Part shown: positions 49,101 through 54,997 of the stretch, one piece after another
Position numbering within the stretch: position 1 is the stretch's first letter
Layout of the letters: each line of letters starts with the position of its first letter
NCBI GenBank assembly: GCA_024231025.1
Contig: JAAEQW010000150.1
Coordinates: forward strand, 239-64,238
DNA length: 64,000 bases
Reading direction: 5' to 3'
From: Candidatus Omnitrophota bacterium
GTDB lineage: Bacteria; Omnitrophota; Gorgyraeia; Duberdicusellales; 4484-171
Notes under the pieces: generated by a model
The model's database searches: none
What the model was told of the DNA's origin: nothing
Seen by the model: only the letters and a program-made list of their open reading frames with translations
Translations under genes and position numbers: made by a program

Positions 49101-50723
49101 TATCTTCGTCGGAAAGGTGGAGAAATTGAACAGGCGGCTGAGGCAGCGGACCTATCGCGTATTGCTACGGCGTTGAATCGTAGCGAAAAGGATCTCAAAA
49201 ACGCGGCGCTATATGTTGCTAAGTTTATTGATATCTTAACCGTAGAGGGCAGGCTGGCAATTGGTGAGGGATTACCTTTCTTGCACGCGCGCAAAGGTAT
49301 ATTTGATCTTTTTTATAGATGGAATCTTTCAGAATCAGCAATTACAACTGGTATTCAGCTCTTTCTTCATAAGGAAATCACATCCGAGCAGCGCGGTCGA
49401 GCGATATTTCACGATGCTTTGCATGTTGTTGTTCCAAAGTCGCTGCGCCACCCCACAGAAGAAGAAATAGAAAATGGTGCGGTAGATCCTTTCCCGACAG
49501 ATCAGGACATTAAAGATCACCTTGTTGAACTTTCTAAAAATTTAGGAGAAAAACCACCAACCAGCACCGGCGCTTACGACATGGCGGCTGCGCAATCAAG
49601 CCAGCTGAATTTGGAAGAAACTACTTGTCAAGGTGGCAATTGGAAGAGGCATCTTGAGAACAGAAAAGAGGCTAAAGAAAAAATAGACCGTTTTGAAAAA
49701 AAGTTCAGAAATGGAATACCTGAAGGAGCATGGGCGGGTATTGCGGTGCAAAATGAGTATGTTGCGATGGCAGGCGCAGCATGGAAAGATTCTGCTCTTG
49801 AAGCTGGTGTCCAATCAATATTCTTTAGAGTGGAAGAAAATCAGGAAAATGTTGTGAGGTATTTGAAGCGGCGGATTCAAGAAGCAGTAGATGCTGGTGC
49901 AACTTGGGCCAATATTGCCCATTCAATACATCGAGCAATGGGTAAAGGATTAACCGATCTTGATGCCAATATCTTAATGCATGCCATACTTAATGATGGT
50001 CGTTTAATGCCTTGGTACACTGTTGAAGTATCTGACGGAGGTGATGTAAACGGAAGAACCACTCAACAAGAAATAGATGACGCGGTAAATATTGGTTTAG
50101 CCGGTATTACTGCAGAGCAGCTATTGGGCGTTCCGATTACTATTGAACCAACCAGAGACATTAGCACTCCAGCTGAAGGTAAAGCAGTTAATCTTGTTGA
50201 GTTGGATACAGAAAAGATTAAAAAAAGAGTTGATATGCTACGTTTAGCTTTAATTGTAAAATACGGTGATATTGCCAGGCGTTTTAATGTTGGTTATGGG
50301 GCTAGTATCGCCAGAAAAAACGCGCGAGCAATCTTTAGCATTCCTGGTGTCAACAATGGTTTAGCTGGTGGAGAAAGTCAAAATGAAGATGTATTCATGG
50401 AAGTAATAGAGAAGGCTCAGCAGGGAGTTGAAGACTTGGCTCTTTATCAGGCAGAGGATATTGGCGAGATTAATGAAACAGATTCTTCCGATGAGCAAGA
50501 GGATTATAATGCAGCAGAGAGATCGTTTGGTGGAATTAATTTAGATGGTGAAATTGACCTGCGCGGTGATGGACAATTTAACATCGACCTTTATGATATT
50601 CCTTTTGACATTAAGACTTTTAAAGGGTTGGCACCTTTGGTAAGCAAGATGAAGCGTGATCAGGACCCGAAGAGTTTCTTTGCGTCAAAGCAACCGCAAC
50701 AAGAACTCTCTTACGCGCATTAA
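43149..50723 (+). CDS. giant exported multidomain protein (2,524 aa): signal peptide, N-domain, G/T/P linker, unknown region with weak class-II-aldolase-like segment, 4 x ~112-aa repeats, GAPDH homologue, linker, triosephosphate-isomerase homologue, acidic tail
   Basis: Uninterrupted ORF; GAGGAGG sits 6 nt before the ATG at 43149. The N-terminal h-region is VTVFLAMGIFLLGTFMM with a predicted cleavage site AYA|SA. GAPDH motifs: KVAINGGGRIG, KYDSNHGE, AGAKKVIVSAPGK, SNASCTTNDLAP, TTHATT, IIPTITGAAK, SWYDNEWGF. TPI motifs: GNWKRH, AGATWANIAHSIHR, IEP, GYGAS-x21-GGES. Terminators flank both ends. Confidence 0.8.
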   Translation: MILFLQKRKASVPFKVTVFLAMGIFLLGTFMMQTNKVPKAYASALPYMAAPTELIDTTANFNPVVLRGIKFDTNNPFKFNFILDEGDTALSDGELKKEVEKIARQFLAAITVPEEDLWVNLSPLEKDRIISDELSVTDIGRDLLGEDYVLKQLTSSLTYPESPLGKEYWKKIYTRTQEMYGTTDVPINTFNKVWITPKHAVIYENAQGAYIGESHLKVMLEQDYLAQEQNIAGAQRDVPSEKQINNISAQITKEVILPVIENEVNYGKSFSHLRQIYHSVLLASWFKKKLKQTILNDIYVDKKKIAGVDTSDPQIKEKVYNQYLEAYKKGVYNYIRRDSDFTTKRKVNRRYYSGGTDLVVGPTTTTKSGTDPLAPGVGGASKGEVSEAGVTTEGIDNKPGPDMAAAAIPHGRTNKGISGAIEGNTVTRQKANGSYAKEVFDAEKAPKDSSVITKADVRDVPQLAGSITELIHNYRDIITFDLDSAGRMVNVQLPTDLTDNLRILDLARELSVVQPDPQVRRMAFHLAAAIQRARGKLSPNVRNVSLLQPFTDGVLRGIPADNLRCGGAMEQAALGRAADKANAVIAAEIAMSELIYSGLLDLFDFVGHVYLGDAFAGRDASTPTQLDHLQAKLSEIFALDKTKALIAAASDELSVDGYEEKIWAKMPLVERESSGMIDKARREAEMQKIFGILTLAAEAGITHFDIDFSTLADQVLMEALYRGAHTDDNPNGFSPSMKMLIDKIKSSPSMEVAVAWVRDKGEVSDDKLWELYSPKRQAASEKIQVFNAKFSAKAIVHQRIEEAKAIRAGYLPEGFRALSGVEDAHTDLKFLENKPSEPESVVAFLLMLRRELLEANKQFKADYGYDLPELTAIKWSPKTGTSHGTAGIEANIGVFALAERYLALPQVKEILGGEFVLIRGQHGASKCTTDQYADMGRNAEDIHFATGIANKFSGTMAEEFNIMTDTVGDLLQLLLKPDRANITDRLNAYLEVIGKDADWLMDYVTLPGVEAKIKRFRSAEFGGKNDAQTKFFNILAKEGITSYTLEGRRRLTHLILTDPEEGVPSDARSKLKDLVKHVYRPLLPYFLSMPQELRDPVMNAVQAWMGDAINELGIADSFDKLVPYLPQEPLVLRPIPADFVAEAQEAVQQSLPLIEQIDNGFAQAREAFDGGEYQLAFTRVDKAIELLMRPEKFDAKDDPLTGVSNPNEILSLLNSLGSKRQLYPRQEDLQGFLHAGINGLDLINGLRKLNGFKLIIEEVDPQDVPLIEQIDGLFVEAKKALAKGEDQLAYTKVEEATTLLTRPLDFDTSDDPLTGLSNPDEVLKLLNSLKLQRSRRQSALWRLLGQRLNGLDLINGLRMAIGFGVITEEVDPQDLPLTNKQIDSFFDRAEEHSKHGRDSYALKEIDKAIELLKWPEKFDAKGNPLVGISNPDGVQHLLSAIETGGYTLSFSEEALKLLLDEGASGLELVNGLREIDRLDPIAKKADPQDLPLIEQIDNGFTEAREAFDSGEYQLAFTRVDKVAELLRRPYDFDVSNDPLTGLSNPNEVLMLLNDLELNVGLSHRQKALKDFIGQGRNGLDLINCLRMAVGYGVIIAKAGSAAANGSVVLEKKNKVAINGGGRIGMLSLRVWIMKKMHGEPTDLDVVAMNDLQSPQQLAYKLKYDSNHGELKDVGIDVVEEGNDNFLVINAEGINNHRIQLFSERDPTQLPWGQLGIGQVWECTGIFRDKEAADLHRQAGAKKVIVSAPGKGLPTIVFGVNQGIYDPAKHDIVSNASCTTNDLAPVIKVLNDTLGVQSAMMNTTHATTNDQKVGDAPHSDPYRSRGAIGAMIIPTITGAAKTTGKVIPELDGKIDGASLRIPTKTVSATTITINVKKDTTVAEVNAILKEASETEGLKGILAYTDEKKVGVDFLTDPHSSTVAGDFTKVVVGTMVQVLSWYDNEWGFANRMVDLGEHMADADFAFAEKEIVQETAHDTFVKNELKYLRRKGGEIEQAAEAADLSRIATALNRSEKDLKNAALYVAKFIDILTVEGRLAIGEGLPFLHARKGIFDLFYRWNLSESAITTGIQLFLHKEITSEQRGRAIFHDALHVVVPKSLRHPTEEEIENGAVDPFPTDQDIKDHLVELSKNLGEKPPTSTGAYDMAAAQSSQLNLEETTCQGGNWKRHLENRKEAKEKIDRFEKKFRNGIPEGAWAGIAVQNEYVAMAGAAWKDSALEAGVQSIFFRVEENQENVVRYLKRRIQEAVDAGATWANIAHSIHRAMGKGLTDLDANILMHAILNDGRLMPWYTVEVSDGGDVNGRTTQQEIDDAVNIGLAGITAEQLLGVPITIEPTRDISTPAEGKAVNLVELDTEKIKKRVDMLRLALIVKYGDIARRFNVGYGASIARKNARAIFSIPGVNNGLAGGESQNEDVFMEVIEKAQQGVEDLALYQAEDIGEINETDSSDEQEDYNAAERSFGGINLDGEIDLRGDGQFNIDLYDIPFDIKTFKGLAPLVSKMKRDQDPKSFFASKQPQQELSYAH

Positions 50724-50753
50724 ATAAGTCTCGCGCATAAATTAGAATTACAA

Positions 50754-50785
50754 ACGGGAAGGCCTTCGCCTTCCCGTTTTGTGTT
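50754..50785 (+). terminator. rho-independent terminator (GGGAAGGC-CTTC-GCCTTCCC + GTTTTGTGTT)
   Basis: An 8-bp GC-rich stem and U tract 30 nt after the giant-gene stop. Confidence 0.8.
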
Positions 50786-50809
50786 ATAATGGTTCTGCAT
50801 TTAGATAAC

Positions 50810-50834
50810 GTAGGGGCCGATGGCTGTCGGCCCT
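50810..50834. repeat. REP-like hairpin GTAGGGGCCGA-TGGCTG-TCGGCCCT (forward copy)
   Basis: Forms an inverted pair with 50982-51006 across a 147-bp AT-rich spacer. Confidence 0.6.
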
Positions 50835-50932
50835 CTCTAAGATGTAAAATTAAATGAATTTGGTTTAATTATTAATGACGAATTAAAAAATTCTGAAATT
50901 ATTCGAAACGAAATAAAATTGAACATATAATC

Positions 50933-51250
50933 ATGCCTAATCATATTTACGCCATTGCTATAATCAAAAATAATATCATAAAGGGCCGACAGCCATCGGC
51001 CCCTACGGATAAAATTAATCAAAAACAATTATTATCATCATTCGTCGCCGGTTTTAAATCCGTGGCAGCAAAACGTATCAACACCTTACGTAATACACCA
51101 GGAAATCCTATTTGGCAACGTAATTATTATGACCATATTATTCGTGATGATAAATCTTTGCAGAAAATTCGCGAATACATTACCGGCAATCCGGTTATGT
51201 GGGATACCGACGAAAATAATATTATTAATCACAATAGGAGGCAGATATGA
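50933..51250 (+). mobile_element. truncated REP-associated tyrosine transposase (RAYT / IS200-like Y1 transposase) remnant, C-terminal ~2/3 only
   Basis: Carries the C-terminal block NPIWQRNYYDHIIRDDKSLQKIREYITGNPVMW. A degenerate HuH site reads HIYAIAI where a histidine-x-histidine pair would be expected. The N-terminal beta-strand region is missing. A REP-like hairpin lies inside its 5' end and another lies upstream. Confidence 0.5.
50982..51006. repeat. REP-like hairpin, reverse-complement copy (AGGGCCGACAGCCATCGGCCCCTAC)
   Basis: Exact reverse complement of 50810-50834. It is embedded in the 5' end of the RAYT-remnant ORF, encoding KGRQPSAPT. Confidence 0.6.
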
Positions 51251-51435
51251 AAAAAGTTTTGATTGCAGCAGCGTTTTTAATTTTTGCGGGGTGTGTCAGT
51301 ACCTTAATTACTAAAGAGGTGCAGGTGCATAAAGACAAAGACGGCACGGTCGAGAAAATAGTTGAAATCGAAAGGGTAACCCAACAAGACGCGATTCGTA
51401 GAATCAAATTAGAGCATTTAAAAACCGGTAAATAA
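51247..51435 (+). CDS. small lipoprotein (62 aa)
   Basis: AGGAGG RBS, signal peptide with lipobox FAGC. The start overlaps the RAYT-remnant stop. Confidence 0.4.
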   Translation: MKKVLIAAAFLIFAGCVSTLITKEVQVHKDKDGTVEKIVEIERVTQQDAIRRIKLEHLKTGK

Positions 51436-51550
51436 GCGGATATTCAGTATTTACATATTTTCAGTTGCATTGACAATCTGTAAAAACAAAATTGCACCTA
51501 AAATCTAACAGTTGCAAAAATGCTATATTTGTGAGTATAATACTACTGCT

Positions 51551-51898
51551 ATGGAAAAACAAAGAAAACTAATAAGGCTTGATACAGATGATTTCCTAGA
51601 AATAAGATTGCTGGATGATTCCGTTAAAAGTAAGGGCAGCAGTAAGAATATTACTTCGATGGGGATATGTTTTTCGTCTGAAAACAATTGGCAAAAGGAT
51701 CAAATTCTTTTGATTAATTATTTTCTTCCCGATGAATTAGATTCAGTTAAACTGAAAGTTGTGGTTGTTTGGTCTGAATTCATTGATCCGGAAAGTGGTT
51801 ATTTTTGCGGAGGCGAGATAACCGAAATTGAAGAAGGCAAAGAAGACCAATTCGCACACTATTACCTGCAACAATTGAAAGATAGATTTTGTAAATAG
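51551..51898 (+). CDS. PilZ-like c-di-GMP-binding domain protein (tentative)
   Basis: QRKLIR (RxxxR-like) and NITSMG (D/NxSxxG-like) motifs spaced as in PilZ domains. Confidence 0.35.
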   Translation: MEKQRKLIRLDTDDFLEIRLLDDSVKSKGSSKNITSMGICFSSENNWQKDQILLINYFLPDELDSVKLKVVVVWSEFIDPESGYFCGGEITEIEEGKEDQFAHYYLQQLKDRFCK

Positions 51899-51907
51899 CC
51901 TCGTTTT

Positions 51908-54900
51908 ATGTGTTTGAATACCCCTAATTTTCCTGAAGTTGTAGTAGTCGAGGCATCTGCCGGTTCCGGTAAAACCTATTGCCTTGCTAAGCGTTATCTG
52001 CAACTATTTATGAATCCTAAAATACCCCCGGAGTGTATTTCTTTGCGCGATATTCTTGCGATTACTTTTACCAATAAAGCAACGATTGAAATGAAAGAAA
52101 GAATTCTTGAGTTTTTAAAGCGTATTGCCTTTGACGATTTTTCAAACAAAGAACAGGAAAAAGATATTTACGATTCGCTTGGGGTCGATAAAAAGTTTGC
52201 CAGGGAGCGCGCCAATTTAATTATGGATAAGCTCATTAGCCACTATAATTTTTTCCAGGTTAAAACAATCGACAGTTTTATTAACGCGCTTCTTTTGGGT
52301 TGTGCTTTGCGTATTGACCGTTCGGCAAGCTTTAGCATAAAACGCGATTATTCCAAAATACTTGCCTACTGCTTAGATCTTGTTATTGAAAGAGCCGCCA
52401 ATGAAGCAGAAGTATTAAATTCTTTTGAAGAGTTTTTGGCGCATTATTTGTTTGTTGAAAATCGAAACGGTTGGTTTCCAAAAGATGATATCCTGCAATT
52501 GATGCACTCATTATTTCGATTAAGTAATAAGTATGGCGGAATATTTAGAGAGTATCGTGGCCGAAGTGTTGAAGCGATAAAGAAAAAGGGAATTGTTTTT
52601 AAGCAGATAGAAGAACTTTCAAAAAAAATTCCTCCAGGAATGAACGCAGCCACTACTAAAGCAATAAATCGGTTCATTAGCCGGGGCGATAAGTTTGATA
52701 TATCTGATCTACCAAAAAAGTTTAGCGATTCAGTTGTGCCAATGAATAAGGGCAAAGTTTGCGATAAGCACTTTAGTAAAAAGTGGAGCGCAACTGGCAA
52801 AAGCATTAAAGAGCTGGTTGAGAGTTGCGCAACAACAGCATACAATCCATATGTAAAACTTTATGGGATGTTGCTTGATTCTTTTAGTGAGGTTTGTAAA
52901 AGAGAAGATGTATTATTTTTAGAAGAGCTCAACCGCAAAGCGCGCCTACTTTTTGACGAAGACGGCTTCACCGTTGCCGAGCTCTACTATCGGCTAGCCA
53001 CCAGATTTAAACACTATTTAATTGATGAATTCCAAGACACAAGCATTTTGCAATGGCAAAATCTTCGCCTTATGATTGAAGAAGCTCTATCTTGCGGGGG
53101 GTCGCTGTTCTATGTTGGCGACAAAAAACAAGCAATTTATCGGTTTCGCGGTGGAGAAGCGAAGCTATTTGACTCGGTTAAGAGAGATTTTACCCATTTC
53201 AATGTTAAGGGGGCTTTTCTTGATAAGAATTGGCGCAGTCAAAAGGAAATAGTTGAATTTAATAATCAGGTGTTTTCGAAAGAAAATTTGAATAGTTTTC
53301 TAAAAGCATCTGGAATTAATGAAAAAATTGGCGATGCAAAAGAAATTCTTGATGTTTTTAAAGATGATAAACAGCAGTATTGCCAAGGCAGCGGCGATGG
53401 CTATGTGTGCATCGAACGCGTTGACGCTGAAAATCAAAGTCAGCGTAATGAAGTGGTGCAAAGTAAGATTTTAATTTTGCTGGATGATTTAAGCAAACGT
53501 TTTAGTTTTTCGGACATTGCAATACTCACTCGCGATAATAATGAGACCGAGCTTGTTACATCATGGCTTTTGACAAAGAATTTGCCGGTTGAATCAGAAA
53601 AAACTCTAAACATTTTAAAACACTCACAAATCAAAGAAATTATTGCATTTCTTAACTTTTTACATTCTCCAATTGATAATTTAAATTTTGCCGCCTTTAT
53701 TCTTGGTGATATTTTTACTACTGCATCAGGGCTGTCTTCTGAGGATGTGCGGGATTTTATTTTTTCTTTACGTAAAAAAAATACAGAAGCCGCACTCTAT
53801 GCGTTATTTCGCAAACAATACCCTGTAATTTGGGAAAAATATATTGAACCATTTTTTAGAAGTGTTGGCTTTATATCGGTATATGAATTATTGACAAATA
53901 TTTATCAGCGCTTGAATGTAATTAAAAATTTTAAAGAGAGTCAGGCGTTTTTTATGAAACTTCTAGAATTGGCAAAAGCTAAAGAAGAAGATTGCCTCGG
54001 ATTAGATGAACTACTTACTTTTTTAAAAGATGCTTCGGCCGATGATTTATATGTTAATGTCATTGGCAGTGAGGCAATAAAAGTTCTTACTGTGCATAAA
54101 TCTAAAGGATTAGAATTTGGTGTAGTTATTGTGCCGTTTTTTCGTATTGATATAACACCGGAAACTGGCGGAAGAGGAACAAAATCATACATTGAAGACG
54201 AGGAAGCCGGTGATTTGGGCCTTTTGCGCATTGTTGAAGATTATCGCCTGTATTGTGAAAAGCTTAACTCCATATACATTAGAGATTACAAAAAGTCATG
54301 CATTGATGAGCTAAATAATACTTATGTTGCCTTAACCAGATCTAAATATGAGCTCTATGTGTTTATTCCCAAAAAAAGCGCAAATGCCATCAATAAGGCC
54401 GGTTTTCTTATTCCGGAAGATATTAAAGAACGTGGCGAGAAAAAAACATATCAAATAGTTAAGAGAGAAAAAAACTATCAAATAATTGATGCTGGCCCGT
54501 ATGCTCATTGTGACTGGTCGTCGCTTTTAAGCGGAGAGTTCACCTTAGACCGCCGCCAGAGAATTGTTGAAGGTAATATTTTGCACCTAATGTTATCTGT
54601 AATAGGCGATTGTACCGGTAAAAGTGATGAGGAAATAGTGCGACTGGCGTGTAAGCGCGCGCAATTAGAGCACTCTTTTGATGAAAAACGTTATTGTGAA
54701 AAGATAAAACAATTAATTAGCAAAGATGAGCTAAAAACTATTTTCTATCCGCAAGCAGAAGTGTTTTGTGAAAAGGAATTTATAAGTGTTTTTGGTGATG
54801 CCAAACGCATTGACCGCCTTATTGTTTGGGAAAAAGAAGCCTGGATTATTGATTATAAATTGACCAAAGACAACCAAGCCAATTATCGCAACCAGATTAA

Positions 54901-54997
54901 AGAGTATGCGGGCATTCTTGGCCAGATTTATAAGGATAAAAAAATAAGAAGTTTTTTAGTTTATCTGGATAATTTAGAAAAAGAAGAAGTGCAATGA
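51908..54997 (+). CDS. addA: AddA/RecB-like ATP-dependent helicase-nuclease (UvrD-family helicase + C-terminal PD-(D/E)XK nuclease)
   Basis: Helicase motifs EASAGSGKT, DEFQDTS, VGDKKQAIYRFRGG, NWRSQ and VHKSKGLEF. C-terminal nuclease motif IDRLIV...IIDYKLTKD. Confidence 0.75.
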   Translation: MCLNTPNFPEVVVVEASAGSGKTYCLAKRYLQLFMNPKIPPECISLRDILAITFTNKATIEMKERILEFLKRIAFDDFSNKEQEKDIYDSLGVDKKFARERANLIMDKLISHYNFFQVKTIDSFINALLLGCALRIDRSASFSIKRDYSKILAYCLDLVIERAANEAEVLNSFEEFLAHYLFVENRNGWFPKDDILQLMHSLFRLSNKYGGIFREYRGRSVEAIKKKGIVFKQIEELSKKIPPGMNAATTKAINRFISRGDKFDISDLPKKFSDSVVPMNKGKVCDKHFSKKWSATGKSIKELVESCATTAYNPYVKLYGMLLDSFSEVCKREDVLFLEELNRKARLLFDEDGFTVAELYYRLATRFKHYLIDEFQDTSILQWQNLRLMIEEALSCGGSLFYVGDKKQAIYRFRGGEAKLFDSVKRDFTHFNVKGAFLDKNWRSQKEIVEFNNQVFSKENLNSFLKASGINEKIGDAKEILDVFKDDKQQYCQGSGDGYVCIERVDAENQSQRNEVVQSKILILLDDLSKRFSFSDIAILTRDNNETELVTSWLLTKNLPVESEKTLNILKHSQIKEIIAFLNFLHSPIDNLNFAAFILGDIFTTASGLSSEDVRDFIFSLRKKNTEAALYALFRKQYPVIWEKYIEPFFRSVGFISVYELLTNIYQRLNVIKNFKESQAFFMKLLELAKAKEEDCLGLDELLTFLKDASADDLYVNVIGSEAIKVLTVHKSKGLEFGVVIVPFFRIDITPETGGRGTKSYIEDEEAGDLGLLRIVEDYRLYCEKLNSIYIRDYKKSCIDELNNTYVALTRSKYELYVFIPKKSANAINKAGFLIPEDIKERGEKKTYQIVKREKNYQIIDAGPYAHCDWSSLLSGEFTLDRRQRIVEGNILHLMLSVIGDCTGKSDEEIVRLACKRAQLEHSFDEKRYCEKIKQLISKDELKTIFYPQAEVFCEKEFISVFGDAKRIDRLIVWEKEAWIIDYKLTKDNQANYRNQIKEYAGILGQIYKDKKIRSFLVYLDNLEKEEVQ

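Noticed and set aside
43149-50723. Giant ORF considered as a chimeric mis-assembly joining separate gap and tpiA genes
   Set aside because: The frame is continuous for 7.5 kb with no stops. The GAPDH and TPI segments are joined by a 200-aa in-frame linker. Both are preceded by 1,600 aa of unrelated in-frame sequence, with terminators only at the ends. Mis-assembly cannot be fully excluded without reads, so a read-mapping check is recommended.
50839-50932. Searched for the missing N-terminal HuH half of the RAYT transposase upstream of 50933
   Set aside because: The in-frame upstream sequence ends in a stop (TAA at 50927-50929) and other frames have immediate stops. The gene is genuinely truncated, so it is called a remnant rather than an intact transposase.
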